Below, piece after piece: positions 31,253-41,743 of a DNA stretch of 64,000 bases (positions are counted from its first letter, which is position 1; each line of letters opens with the position of its first letter). Source of the stretch: an uncultured Verrucomicrobiae bacterium (GTDB lineage Bacteria; Verrucomicrobiota; Verrucomicrobiia; Limisphaerales; Palsa-1400); assembly GCA_963707025.1 (NCBI GenBank), contig CAVPOM010000012.1, positions 431,187 to 495,186 of the forward strand, given 5' to 3'. The notes below the pieces were generated by a model. The model saw only the letters and a program-made list of their open reading frames with translations, ran no database searches and had not been told where the DNA came from. Both the position numbers and the translations under genes were made by a program.

Positions 31253-32413
31253 ATGCGCCAACTGCAACTTGATTCCTTGCGCGGCTTGGCGGCTTGTATC
31301 GTCGTGTTTTGCCATGCCACAAATTTGCTGCCGGGGGTCTATGACGATCCGCGGCAACATTGGTGGCTGACGGAGACGCCGTTGGCGCTGCTGCGGGAGG
31401 GCCACGCGGCGGTGATTTTCTTCTTTGTTCTTAGCGGTTATGTCCTGGCACTGCCTTTCTTGAAGGGACCGGTGGCTTACGAGGCGTTTATATTCCGGCG
31501 CATTTGCCGCATCTGGATCCCCTACATTACGGCCACGGCCGTGGCCATGGCCTGTGCCATTTGGTTCTATCCAGGCAGGGTAGCGGGTCTGAGCCACTGG
31601 GCCAACCGACCCATCCCGTTCCCCAGCGCGCGGTTGATTCTGGATCATCTCCTTTTGGTGGGGTCCTTTGCCCACCAGACGTATAACGGCGTCATTTGGT
31701 CTTTGGTTTACGAGATGCGTATCTCGTTGGTTTTCCCGCTCCTGGTCCTTCTACTGCGGCTGGGCGCCTGGTGGCGGGTGCTGGGCGCCGCGGCGGCCTT
31801 GTCGGCGGCCGAGTTGGTGGTGGAACGATTCCCGTTCTGGTCCGGTTCGGACGATTTGCCCATGACGTTGCATTACGCGGGACTTTTTGTGCTGGGGATG
31901 GTCTTGGCGCGGGACATGCCCAAGGTTCAGGCGCTCTACAGTCGTTTTACATTTTGGGCTAAAGCCTGGCTGTGGCTGTTGGCGTTGGCTTGCTTCGGCC
32001 ATGAGACATGGCTCTTCTCCAGTTCCAGGATACAACATCTCCCGATTTATCGGGATGGGATGACCGCCATGGGCGTGTCGCTCTTGATTATTTTCGCCCT
32101 TTCGCCGTCACGGTTCTCCACTTGGTTGGAAGGAAGGATACCGGTTTTTCTGGGGAAAATCTCCTACAGTGTCTATCTTTATCATGCGGTGATCCTCCTG
32201 TCGTTGGCGCATGTTTTTTACCCAAGGGCTTCCTGGAGTTTGCTCTGGCTGGGGACCGGTGTGCTGACCCTCGGCGTGGCGGCGCTTTCCTACCAGTTCG
32301 TGGAGCTTCCGTCCATCCGGCTAGGCAAATGTGTCTGCTTGCAGCGCGAAGCGGCGGCCACTCCGCGCATCGAACTATCGGCTAACGGGAAACAAGATTC
32401 TGCTGTCGGTTAA
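31253..32413 (+). CDS. Membrane acyltransferase family 3 (OafA-like)
   Basis: LDSLRGLAA..VVFCH, FFVLSGY, RRICRI, WSLVYE, GKISYSVYLYH. Confidence 0.92.
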   Translation: MRQLQLDSLRGLAACIVVFCHATNLLPGVYDDPRQHWWLTETPLALLREGHAAVIFFFVLSGYVLALPFLKGPVAYEAFIFRRICRIWIPYITATAVAMACAIWFYPGRVAGLSHWANRPIPFPSARLILDHLLLVGSFAHQTYNGVIWSLVYEMRISLVFPLLVLLLRLGAWWRVLGAAAALSAAELVVERFPFWSGSDDLPMTLHYAGLFVLGMVLARDMPKVQALYSRFTFWAKAWLWLLALACFGHETWLFSSSRIQHLPIYRDGMTAMGVSLLIIFALSPSRFSTWLEGRIPVFLGKISYSVYLYHAVILLSLAHVFYPRASWSLLWLGTGVLTLGVAALSYQFVELPSIRLGKCVCLQREAAATPRIELSANGKQDSAVG

Positions 32414-32426
32414 CTTAAGGTTTAAG

Positions 32427-33983
32427 ATGGGAACAGAAGCATCAGCCGGCACCATCCCGATGGTGGCGCCAGCCAGGTCGGGCCGCTTTGCACTCAACCT
32501 GGCCAGCAATGTTGGCAAGCTCGGCTTGACCATGCTGGTGGGCGCCTGGTACGTGCCCTTTCTGGTCCGCCGGCTTGGCCCGGCTGCCTACGGGCTCGTG
32601 CCGCTGGCTTCCACGATCACCTCCTACATGGCGCTGATCACCTTTGGCCTCGACGCGGCCATGGGACGGTCCCTGACCATCACCCTGGAGCAGAAGGATT
32701 ACCGAAAGGCGAACGTGATCTTCAACGTGGCCTTTTGGGGCAATCTGGCCATCGCCCTTCTGCTGGTGATTCCCGCAGTCTTCGCCATTGCCAACGTGGA
32801 GCATTTGGTGCGGATTCCGCCAGGTTATGAGTCGGCCACACGCTGGCTCTTTGCCGCCACGGTCGCCGCCTTTCTGCTGAACCAAGTCAAGTCTCCGTTC
32901 GGCGTCTCTTGCTTCAGCCTTAACCGGCTCGATTTGGCCAACGTGGTCATCGTTGGCGAAACGCTGACACGAGTGGGGTTGGTCGTTTGCTTGTTCCTCG
33001 TCGTAGCGCCCAGGATTGAGTTTGTCGGGGCCGCCATCCTGGCCGGAACCATCTTTTCCACCATCGGAGCCATCTGGCTGTGGAAGCTGCTGACGCCAAG
33101 CCTTCATCTCCGTCTGGGCGATTTTGACTGGACCATGCTCAAGGGGTTGTGCAGCACGGGTGGCTGGGTCATTGTCAGCCAGATTGGCGTCATGTTGTAT
33201 ATGAACATTGACCTGTTGCTGGCGAATCGGCTTTTCGGTCCCTCGCAAAGCGGACGCTATGCGGCCGTCCTCCAATTGCCAGCCTTGTTGCGCTCACTGG
33301 GCATCGCGGTGGGCGAAATCTTCGCGCCAACCATGTTTCACATGTATGCCCGCGGCGACATGGACGGCTTGGCCGTTTACCTGAACCGCGCCATCGAGTT
33401 CCTGGGCTTCGTCATGGCCCTGGCCATCGGGCTGATTTGCGGATTTGCAAAACCGCTGTTGCACCTGTGGCTGGGCGCGGATTTCGGGAACATGGCACCC
33501 TTGTTGTTCCTCATGTCTATTCACTTGTGCATTAATCTTTCCATGTATCCACTCTACGCGGTCCCCTTGGCAGCTAATCGGGTCAAGATTCCGGGGTTGG
33601 TGACGCTGGCTGTCGGCGCGCTTAATTTGGCGCTGGCCTTGCTCTTGGCGAGGGCGCTCGGTTGGGGTCTTTATGGTCTGGCTGCGGCAGGCGCCATTTC
33701 CTTGACACTCCGGCATCTGGTGTTCACGCCGCTTTACGGCGCGCGAGTTCTCCACCGACCCTGCAAGACTTTCTACCGCAGGGTGGTTCCAATAATTGGC
33801 GCCACGCTGGCCACCATTGGACTGTGCCGGTTGATCTTGTGGGGATGGACTATTTCCAACTGGTCGGATTTGGCCACGGCGGCGATGGCGGTCTCGGCCT
33901 TGTTTGCAGCCATTACCTACTGGCTTCTCAAGCCGGAAGAACGCCTGGCGCTCAAGGAAATAATCGTGCGCTGGCGGAAGTAA
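32427..33983 (+). CDS. wzx: Wzx-type oligosaccharide flippase
   Basis: About 12-14 hydrophobic segments, LGPAAYG, NIDLLLANRLFG; locus context. Confidence 0.85.
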   Translation: MGTEASAGTIPMVAPARSGRFALNLASNVGKLGLTMLVGAWYVPFLVRRLGPAAYGLVPLASTITSYMALITFGLDAAMGRSLTITLEQKDYRKANVIFNVAFWGNLAIALLLVIPAVFAIANVEHLVRIPPGYESATRWLFAATVAAFLLNQVKSPFGVSCFSLNRLDLANVVIVGETLTRVGLVVCLFLVVAPRIEFVGAAILAGTIFSTIGAIWLWKLLTPSLHLRLGDFDWTMLKGLCSTGGWVIVSQIGVMLYMNIDLLLANRLFGPSQSGRYAAVLQLPALLRSLGIAVGEIFAPTMFHMYARGDMDGLAVYLNRAIEFLGFVMALAIGLICGFAKPLLHLWLGADFGNMAPLLFLMSIHLCINLSMYPLYAVPLAANRVKIPGLVTLAVGALNLALALLLARALGWGLYGLAAAGAISLTLRHLVFTPLYGARVLHRPCKTFYRRVVPIIGATLATIGLCRLILWGWTISNWSDLATAAMAVSALFAAITYWLLKPEERLALKEIIVRWRK

Positions 33984-34012
33984 ATCCGTCCGGACTGCTT
34001 CAAACGATTTCA

Positions 34013-35359
34013 ATGAACTGGCGCAAATCAGCTTGCCTTTCCTACGCGGCCTTGCGCGGCTACCGTTTCCCCTCCTTGCTTTCGGGCTATTGGCGGGAAT
34101 ATGAGCGCGGGGCGGGTTATGAGACGGCCGCCCGCGCGCTGGTCAAACTGCTGCGCCACTGCCGGCAATCCGTTCCCTTTTATGCCGGGCCGGTGCAGCG
34201 CCTGGACCATATCCGCTGGGAAGACGCGGACCCCAGCGTGTATCTGCCCCGCCTGCCCATCTTGACCAAAGAAACCATTCGGGCCAATTTCCTCGGACTC
34301 CAGTCTGTGGATCTGGACCGGCGAAAGTGGTCCTATAACACCTCCGGCGGCTCCACTGGCCAGCCTGTCCGGCTGATTCAAGACCAGGAATATGACGACC
34401 GCAGCACAGCCACCAGCCTGCTCTGCCATGCCTTGCTGGGCTGCGACGTGGGACAGCCCATCGTCCGCCTTTGGGGATCGGAGCGCAACGTCCAGAACGG
34501 CACGCAGTCGGCCAAGGCCGCATTTTTTAACTGGCTGAGCAACACGACCTGGCTCAACGCGTTTCGCATGTCACCGCCGCGCATGCGCCAATACATTGAC
34601 GCCCTCAACCGGGTGCGGCCGCATTTAATCCTGGCTTATGCGCAGGCCGCGTATGAACTGGCGCGGTTCGCCGAACGCGAAAAGCTTTCCGTGGCGCCGC
34701 AGCAGGCCGTTCTGGCTTCAGCAGGCACCCTTTATCCATTCATGCGCGAGAAAATCGCCCAGGTGTTCGGCTGCCGGGTCTATAACCTCTATGGTTCGCG
34801 TGAAGTGAGCGTCATCGGTTGTGAGGTTCCGGAACGCAACGGTCTTTGGGTCGTCCCTTGGAGCAATTATGTTGAGATCCTGGACGACGACGCAAGCCCC
34901 GTGCGCTCCGGCGAAGAAGGGAACATCGTCGTGACCTGCCTGACCAACCTTGCCATGCCGCTGGTCCGCTATTGGATCGGCGATCGGGGCGCCTTGGTGT
35001 CCGATCTCGCGACCGGCGGTCGCTGGACCTCGCAGGTGCTCAAGTATGTGTCCGGTCGCAGCGTGGACGTGTTCCGCACACGGGACCAGCAACTGGTGGA
35101 CGGGGAATACTTTACCCACCTGCTCTACTTTCGGCCCTGGGTCTGGAAATTTCAGGTCGTGCAGAAAGCGCACGAGCACATCTTGTTCAAGATCGTCAAA
35201 ACCAACGGCGGCCCGAGCCGTATTGAACTCGAAGACATCGCCGCCAAATCGCGCCTGGTGATGGGCCATGACTGCCGGATTGATTTTGAATTTCCCGGCG
35301 AATTGCCACCGCATCCCGCTGGCAAATACCGCTACACCATCTCGGAAGTGAGCGCTTAA
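34013..35359 (+). CDS. Phenylacetate-CoA ligase family / CapK-like adenylate-forming enzyme
   Basis: LPILTK, TSGGSTGQP, YGSRE, MPLVRYWIGD, GKYRY. Start placed at ATG 34013. Confidence 0.88.
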   Translation: MNWRKSACLSYAALRGYRFPSLLSGYWREYERGAGYETAARALVKLLRHCRQSVPFYAGPVQRLDHIRWEDADPSVYLPRLPILTKETIRANFLGLQSVDLDRRKWSYNTSGGSTGQPVRLIQDQEYDDRSTATSLLCHALLGCDVGQPIVRLWGSERNVQNGTQSAKAAFFNWLSNTTWLNAFRMSPPRMRQYIDALNRVRPHLILAYAQAAYELARFAEREKLSVAPQQAVLASAGTLYPFMREKIAQVFGCRVYNLYGSREVSVIGCEVPERNGLWVVPWSNYVEILDDDASPVRSGEEGNIVVTCLTNLAMPLVRYWIGDRGALVSDLATGGRWTSQVLKYVSGRSVDVFRTRDQQLVDGEYFTHLLYFRPWVWKFQVVQKAHEHILFKIVKTNGGPSRIELEDIAAKSRLVMGHDCRIDFEFPGELPPHPAGKYRYTISEVSA

Positions 35360-35423
35360 GGAGATTGGTCCTTCTCAATATGCGCCCGGCTGCACTTTCT
35401 TGAGTCAGGGTATTGCCATAGTC

Positions 35424-36398
35424 ATGATTACCTATCGATCCCGTTTTCTGATCCGCGGGGAAGTTTGGTTCGACGACGAGCCGGATCACACCCGCGCGGT
35501 GGATTGGATGATCTATCACCAGCGTTCCCAACCGGTTCCGGGAGCCAAGACGTCGCATTTCCACACCTACGTCATTGATCTGAAGCAGGGCCGTGAGCAA
35601 CTGCTGGCCAATTTGAACAAGGACGCCGCCTACAAAATCCGGCGCGCCCGCGAGCGGGACCATATCCTCTGTGAATGTTGCGATCCGCGCGGGGAGGGTA
35701 TCCTCGATCAGTTCGAGGAGATGTACAACACCTTCGCCACCCTCAAAGGCCTGGCCCCGCTGGACCGGCCACGCCTGGAGGGCATGGCCGCCGCAGGGGC
35801 GCTGGATTTGTCCGTCGCCAAAGCACCGCAAGGCAACGCCTTGGTGTATCACTCCTATTATCGCGATCACCGCCGAGCCAGGGCCTTGGAGTTGCCGTCT
35901 CTCTACCGGAACATGGCGGACAGCGCGGCGCGGAACCTCATCGGCAGGGCCAACCGCTACCTGACCTGGAGTGACATGGTGCGATTCCAAGAGCAAGGAT
36001 TGAAATGCTTTGACTTCGGCGGCTGGTATCAGGGCGCCGATCCTGCCATGCTCAAGATCAATGACTTCAAAAGGGGCTTTGGCGGACAGGTCGTGCGTGA
36101 ATACCAATGCGAACGGATCCTGACCTTGAAGGGTTGGGTCGTGCTCCAGGCCGCCCGCCTGCTCAAACAGGCCAGACTGTTTCCGTCTGTGTCAAAGCAG
36201 CCGAGTGCCATCGCCCAACCAGATTTTGCTCACGGCTGCGCTTCGGTTTCAATGGATGAGCAAGACCGGGATCGGACGCGCCACCGTCCCGCGAGCCTCG
36301 AGGATTTCACCCATGCCATACCCAAAAACCGCCCAGTATCTGCTGCGATTCGACGACCTCTGCCCGACCATGAATTGGGCGGTCTGGTCGGAGATTGA
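35424..36398 (+). CDS. GNAT/FemAB-like acyl- or aminoacyl-transferase
   Basis: TYVIDL...YKIRRA, FDFGG, INDFKRGFGG. The C-terminal tail overlaps the next gene and is uncertain. Confidence 0.7.
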   Translation: MITYRSRFLIRGEVWFDDEPDHTRAVDWMIYHQRSQPVPGAKTSHFHTYVIDLKQGREQLLANLNKDAAYKIRRARERDHILCECCDPRGEGILDQFEEMYNTFATLKGLAPLDRPRLEGMAAAGALDLSVAKAPQGNALVYHSYYRDHRRARALELPSLYRNMADSAARNLIGRANRYLTWSDMVRFQEQGLKCFDFGGWYQGADPAMLKINDFKRGFGGQVVREYQCERILTLKGWVVLQAARLLKQARLFPSVSKQPSAIAQPDFAHGCASVSMDEQDRDRTRHRPASLEDFTHAIPKNRPVSAAIRRPLPDHELGGLVGD

Positions 36399-37152
36399 AG
36401 CGGCTTTGCTCGAGCATCGGCTCAAGCCCATCCTGGCGGTGGTTCCCGATAACCAGGACCCGGTGCTGCGGGTCGCTGCGCCAATACAAGATTTTTGGCA
36501 ACGCGCGCGCCAATGGCAAGCGCGCGGTTGGACTCTCGCCCTGCATGGATTTCAGCACAAATACACCGCCAGACGCAGCGGCCTCGTTACGCCCAGAAAG
36601 TTGACAGAATTCGCCGGCCTCCCGGCCGCGGAACAAGAGGAAAAGCTGCGGCGCGGCGCGGAGATCTTTGAGCGGCAGGGCATCAAACCCCGGGTCTGGA
36701 TCGCGCCCAACGACTCCTTTGATCGCACCACCGTTTCCCTGCTTGCTCAATTCGGCATTCGCATCATATGCGATGGCTATTTCCGCGTCCCATTCGTGTG
36801 CCGGCAGAAGATGGTTTGGATCCCACAGCAACTCTACGGCTTTCGCCCCGCTCCGCCCGGGGTTTGGACGGTGTGCTATCACCACAATCACTGGACCGCT
36901 TCTGACCTGGGCCGATTTCGAAAGGACCTGATTTGGCACCGGCCTGACATCTGGTCGCTCGACCAAGTCACGCAGGCTTGGGCCGACCGACGATGGCGCG
37001 GGCCGGCCTGGCTCTATACATGGCCGCGTCTTTCCCAACTGGTGATCCGTTGCGAACTCAAACTCTGGGAGAAGTGGATCTCGATCCGAGACCAGCTCCG
37101 GCCGATCAAAAGTTCACCTCGACCTGCTGAACAAGGCGGCACTTTGAACTAA
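36313..37152 (+). CDS. Polysaccharide deacetylase-like protein (DUF2334-like)
   Basis: YLLRFDDLCP, ALHGFQH, WIAP, YHHN. Start placed at ATG 36313. Confidence 0.8.
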   Translation: MPYPKTAQYLLRFDDLCPTMNWAVWSEIEAALLEHRLKPILAVVPDNQDPVLRVAAPIQDFWQRARQWQARGWTLALHGFQHKYTARRSGLVTPRKLTEFAGLPAAEQEEKLRRGAEIFERQGIKPRVWIAPNDSFDRTTVSLLAQFGIRIICDGYFRVPFVCRQKMVWIPQQLYGFRPAPPGVWTVCYHHNHWTASDLGRFRKDLIWHRPDIWSLDQVTQAWADRRWRGPAWLYTWPRLSQLVIRCELKLWEKWISIRDQLRPIKSSPRPAEQGGTLN

Positions 37153-37154
37153 GT

Positions 37155-39158
37155 ATGTGCGGTATTGCTGGATTCTGGGATGCGTGCGGCCGGGCTGGGT
37201 CGGCTGAACTGGAGCAGAGCGCCCTGCGCATGGCTTCGGCCCTGCAACATCGGGGGCCGGATGATCAAGGGACGTGGGCGGACGAGAATGCGTCTCTCGC
37301 GCTGGGGCATCGTCGTCTGGCCATCCTGGACCTCAGCCGTGAAGGCCACCAGCCCATGTTTTCGGCCGACCAGCGATTTGTGCTGGTTTTTAACGGAGAG
37401 ATTTACAATTTCCAGGCCTTGCGAACTGCCTTGGAAGACCGGGGTCACGCTTTCCGCGGGCGATCCGATACGGAGGTCATGCTGGCCGCCTTTGGTGAAT
37501 GGGGGCTCCGCCCGGCCCTTGAGCGGCTGGCCGGCATGTTCGCCTTCGCGCTGTGGGACCGGCGCTGTAGAAGGTTGCATCTGGCTCGCGATCGGGCGGG
37601 TGAAAAGCCGTTGTATTATGGCTGGATCGGCGGCGCGTTCGTCTTCGGTTCGGAATTGAAAGCGCTCCGGGCCCATCCCCGATGGCGCGGGGAAATCAAC
37701 CGCGGCGCTTTGGCGCTGCTGGTCCGCTATGGCTACATCCCGGTGCCCCACTGCATTTATGATCACATTCAGAAGTTGCCGCCGGGTTGCGTGCTGACCT
37801 TGACCGAGTCCCATCTCCGGGCCTGGAGCACACCCGAGCCGGAGCCGTACTGGTCGGCGCAAGCCATGGCTGAAGCGGGGGCGGCCCATCCCTTCCGAGG
37901 CGGCGAAGATGAGGCGCGGGAACGGCTGCGGGCACTGTTGCTGGAGTCGGTCGAGCAGCAAATGGTCGCTGACGTGCCTCTGGGGGCCTTCCTTTCAGGC
38001 GGGATCAATTCCTCGCTCGTGGTCGCGCTCATGCAGACGCAAAGCCGGCGGGCCATCAAGACCTTCAGCATTGGATTCCAGCAGGAGAAGTTTAACGAGG
38101 CCCCCTTTGCCAAAGCCGTTGCCGCACACCTTGGCACCGACCACACGGAATTGTATGTCCAGGACTGTGACCTTCGGCGGGTCATTTCCCGGTTGCCCAA
38201 CATCTATGATGAACCCCTGGCCGATCCCTCCCAAATCCCGACCGTCCTGCTCTGCCGATTGGCAAGTGCCAACGTGAAGGTAAGTTTGTCAGGCGACGCG
38301 GGGGACGAGTTGTTCGGAGGCTACGATCATTATGACAAAGCCCGGCGCCTCTGGCGCGCGATGGGCCGGACACCCGGTCCGTTGCGCCAACACATGGCCC
38401 GCAGTTTGAAGTCCTTCTCCAGCGCCGGGCTGGAGCTGGCCACCGGCTCTGGGCGGGTCCGGCAAATTCTTAACCGCCTCTCCAATCTGGCGGACGTTCT
38501 GCCTGCGCCGAGTGACCTCTGGCTTTACCATCTGCTGATGTCGCCCAACCGCGATCCCCGAGCGTGGTTGAAAGATGCAGATGAGCCGCCGACCCATTTT
38601 GAAGAGACGGCAACCTGGGCGAGTTTGCCTGAGCCGTTGCAGCGAATGACGTATCTGGACTTCGTTACTTATCTGCCGGACGACATCCTGGTGAAAGTTG
38701 ACCGCGCCGCCATGGCGGTCGGCCTGGAGACTCGTGTGCCCTTACTGGACCATCGCGTCATCGAACTTGCCTGGCGTCTTCCAGCTTCCTTCAAACAAAA
38801 CAGGAGCCAAGGCAAATGGCTGCTGCGGCAAATCCTGCATCAGTATGTCCCGCCCGCCCTGGTGGACCGCCCAAAGAAAGGATTTGCGGCGCCGATTGCC
38901 GAATGGCTGCGCGGCCCGATGCGCGAGTGGGCTGAGCAACTCCTAGGCGAAACCCACCTGCGCCAGGAAGGGTTTTTCGATGCCCGCCAAATACGACGAA
39001 AGTGGCAGGAACACCTGGCTCAAAAGCGGGATTGGTCGCCTGGACTCTGGCACGTGCTGATGTTTCAGGCTTGGCTGGAGGAGCAATCTGTTGCCCCGTG
39101 CTCAACGGATACGAACACGCCCCCGGCTGCCCGGAACCTGATGGAAGCGCGGGTATGA
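37155..39158 (+). CDS. asnB: Asparagine synthase-like glutamine amidotransferase
   Basis: MCGIAG, HRGPD, FNGEIYNF, SGDAGDELFGGY, KVDRAAMA; PP-loop reads SGGINSS. Confidence 0.93.
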   Translation: MCGIAGFWDACGRAGSAELEQSALRMASALQHRGPDDQGTWADENASLALGHRRLAILDLSREGHQPMFSADQRFVLVFNGEIYNFQALRTALEDRGHAFRGRSDTEVMLAAFGEWGLRPALERLAGMFAFALWDRRCRRLHLARDRAGEKPLYYGWIGGAFVFGSELKALRAHPRWRGEINRGALALLVRYGYIPVPHCIYDHIQKLPPGCVLTLTESHLRAWSTPEPEPYWSAQAMAEAGAAHPFRGGEDEARERLRALLLESVEQQMVADVPLGAFLSGGINSSLVVALMQTQSRRAIKTFSIGFQQEKFNEAPFAKAVAAHLGTDHTELYVQDCDLRRVISRLPNIYDEPLADPSQIPTVLLCRLASANVKVSLSGDAGDELFGGYDHYDKARRLWRAMGRTPGPLRQHMARSLKSFSSAGLELATGSGRVRQILNRLSNLADVLPAPSDLWLYHLLMSPNRDPRAWLKDADEPPTHFEETATWASLPEPLQRMTYLDFVTYLPDDILVKVDRAAMAVGLETRVPLLDHRVIELAWRLPASFKQNRSQGKWLLRQILHQYVPPALVDRPKKGFAAPIAEWLRGPMREWAEQLLGETHLRQEGFFDARQIRRKWQEHLAQKRDWSPGLWHVLMFQAWLEEQSVAPCSTDTNTPPAARNLMEARV

Positions 39159-40441
39159 CGCAGATGATTTCAGCCTATAGCCCGACGAGCGTGGGCGGTT
39201 TGCCGCCGCCCGCGTGGACGGAATCCAGCGCGGTTCAGCCCGGTTCCGGTGGGCCGGCGAGCGCTGCGTTAAGACCCAACGTGTTGGTGCGTTGGGCCTT
39301 TTATCTGTCGGTGTTCTCAATCCCGTTGAGCCATCTCTATCTGCCCGGCACGGGTGGGAGAGTCGGTGTGCTCCGGTTGGTGCAGATGGTTCTCGTCTGC
39401 GCCGTCCTCTCCCAACCCCGAATCTGTCTGCGCATGGCGCCAACGGCGCTGTTCTGGTTTCTGGCCTATGTCGCGCTGCGCATTCTGTGGGGCTTCTGGC
39501 TCACTCCGGAGATGTTCTCATTATGGTGGCCGAACAGTCGTGAATTCCTGGAATTTGTCCTGTGGCTCTGGGTGATGTTCAACGTGCTCCAGTTTCCTGA
39601 GACGCGCCGGGGCGGCTTGTGGGCTTTGGGTTTGGGCTGTGCGCTCTGCGCCTTGTTCCACCTTGCCGGGATCGGCGTGGCTGAAGTGGCCGACGATCCC
39701 AATGGTCGTTCATCCGTCTTTGGTTTGAATGCCAATGAGCTTGGCGCCACCTACGCCACGGCCGCGGTCGCCCTGCTCGGACTGTGGATGGTCCGGCCCG
39801 GCACCTGGACCCAACGGCTTCTGCCCTTTCCGTTGATCGCTTTGATCGGAGTGGCCATGGCCAAAACGGGTTCCCGCACCGCCCTTCTAATCCTGGCTTT
39901 GGGCGTTTTCGTGCTGCTCCTTTTGGGCCATTCGTTCGGCTCAAGAACCAGACGTTTCGCCAGCCTGCTCGCGTTTGCAGCGGTCCTGAGCGCGATCATG
40001 TGGAGGATACCGACTGTCATGGAACGGTTCGAAGAGATCAACCCGCAAAATATCGGCCAGGACAACCCTCGGGCACGCATGGCGCCTGTGCTGTGGGAGA
40101 TGTTCCTGAGAAGCCCGATCTACGGATCAGGGCCGGATGGTTACGAATTCGAATTGACACGGCGGGCGATGCCGTATTTGATCAAACAGCAAGGGCTCAT
40201 CGTCGCTCATAATCTCGCTCTGCTGTTGTTGGTCGAAACGGGAATCGCGGGACTGCTGCTTTTCTCCTTCGGCCTCAAGGCGGCCCTGGCGGCGGCCTGG
40301 AGGGCGAGGCTTAATCCTTGCGGCTCGCTGCCTCTGGCTCTGCTGCTGCCGCTGGCCATCGCTGGCGCCACTGTCTGTAATCCAAGTCATCACATGGTCT
40401 TCTGGGTGGCCATGGCCTATGGGCTGGCCGGAGTGGCCTGA
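39155..40441 (+). CDS. O-antigen ligase family / Wzy-like polymerase
   Basis: Multi-TM; NANELG, TGSRTA, PIYGSG, AHN...LLVETGIAG. ATGA overlap with asnB. Confidence 0.83.
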   Translation: MTQMISAYSPTSVGGLPPPAWTESSAVQPGSGGPASAALRPNVLVRWAFYLSVFSIPLSHLYLPGTGGRVGVLRLVQMVLVCAVLSQPRICLRMAPTALFWFLAYVALRILWGFWLTPEMFSLWWPNSREFLEFVLWLWVMFNVLQFPETRRGGLWALGLGCALCALFHLAGIGVAEVADDPNGRSSVFGLNANELGATYATAAVALLGLWMVRPGTWTQRLLPFPLIALIGVAMAKTGSRTALLILALGVFVLLLLGHSFGSRTRRFASLLAFAAVLSAIMWRIPTVMERFEEINPQNIGQDNPRARMAPVLWEMFLRSPIYGSGPDGYEFELTRRAMPYLIKQQGLIVAHNLALLLLVETGIAGLLLFSFGLKAALAAAWRARLNPCGSLPLALLLPLAIAGATVCNPSHHMVFWVAMAYGLAGVA

Positions 40442-40452
40442 ATTTCGCTGCG

Positions 40453-41694
40453 ATGTCCGATCTCTCCATCAACTTAGGACGGCCGAGCGCCCGGACCCGC
40501 CCAGTGCGCGTTGCCGTCATCGCTTCCAGCCTGAGGTTGGCCGGGGCGGAGAAACAGACCGTTTATATGGCGCGAGCCTTGCTCGAGGCCGGGCTCCATG
40601 TGAGATTATTTTACCTCGGCGCCGGCGGGCATTACGAAACTGTCTTGCGACAAACCGGCGTGCCCCTGTGCCAGATTTACACCCCGAACCGACCGTGGGT
40701 CATGCTGGCCTGCTTGATCGGGGCCTTATCTCGGTGGCGGCCCCAGATCGTCCTGGCGGCCCAATTCAGCGACTTGCTATACGGCGCCGCAGCCGGTCGT
40801 TGCTGCTATGCGCTGATTCTGGGAGGCGTAAGAAGCGATGGTCTGTACGAACTCAACTCTCATGGCCGCCTCAGCCGGTGGATGGTCCGCCTGACACATG
40901 GTCTGGTGGCCAATTCCTGTCGCGCCAGACAAAATCTGGTCTCCCAAGGGGTCCACTCCCGAAGAATTGAAGTGCTGCCCAACGTCATTGACCTGCAAGA
41001 TTTTGACCTGCGAACCTCGCTGCCTTCCAGCGTTTCTCTGCCATCGGAACGCCTTATCGTGGCCGCCGTTGGCAGCCTCCACCCGTGCAAGCGGTTTGAT
41101 CGTTTCCTGGAGGCGCTGGCGCTGGCGCGCCGCAGCGAGCCGGCGCTGGCGGGCGTCATTGCTGGAGCTGACTGCGGGCTCAAGGGGGAATTGCAGGCCA
41201 GAGCCAATGCCTTGGGCTTGGCCCCGCGCGATCTGGCGTTTCTGGGGGAGGTTGACACGGTTCCAGCCCTGCTTGCCCAATCTGCGATGCTCGTCCTAAC
41301 CTCGGATTACGAGGGGTTTCCCAATGTCATTCTCGAGGCGATGGCGGCTCGGTTGCCGGTGATTTCGACTCCGGCTGGAGAGGCCGGTTCCATCATACAA
41401 CATGGAAAAACCGGCTATGTCGTGGAGGCGGAGGACACCCGGAGCATGGCCGCATTCATGGTTCAATTGGCGCGATTGCCTGCGACGAGAAGGAACTTTG
41501 GCCAAGCAGGCCGCCAGCGCGTTGAGCAGGAATATAACTATCAATCGCTGGCGGATCGCCTTCTGGCTGCCTTTCATGGTTTTGCCCGCCAAGGGCGAAG
41601 ATTCTCCTTGAGCGAAATGCTGGAGTGCAGCGTCCACGCCAAGTTCACCGAGACGCTTTCCGGGGATTTGTTACGCCAGCGGCCTGCAGTTTGA
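40453..41694 (+). CDS. GT4 glycosyltransferase
   Basis: GAEKQ, KRFD, EGFPNVILEAMA (EX7E). Confidence 0.92.
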   Translation: MSDLSINLGRPSARTRPVRVAVIASSLRLAGAEKQTVYMARALLEAGLHVRLFYLGAGGHYETVLRQTGVPLCQIYTPNRPWVMLACLIGALSRWRPQIVLAAQFSDLLYGAAAGRCCYALILGGVRSDGLYELNSHGRLSRWMVRLTHGLVANSCRARQNLVSQGVHSRRIEVLPNVIDLQDFDLRTSLPSSVSLPSERLIVAAVGSLHPCKRFDRFLEALALARRSEPALAGVIAGADCGLKGELQARANALGLAPRDLAFLGEVDTVPALLAQSAMLVLTSDYEGFPNVILEAMAARLPVISTPAGEAGSIIQHGKTGYVVEAEDTRSMAAFMVQLARLPATRRNFGQAGRQRVEQEYNYQSLADRLLAAFHGFARQGRRFSLSEMLECSVHAKFTETLSGDLLRQRPAV

Positions 41695-41743
41695 TTTCCC
41701 CGGCGTGCGGGTGCCGGCCCGCGAAAACTGTCACTACAATCTC

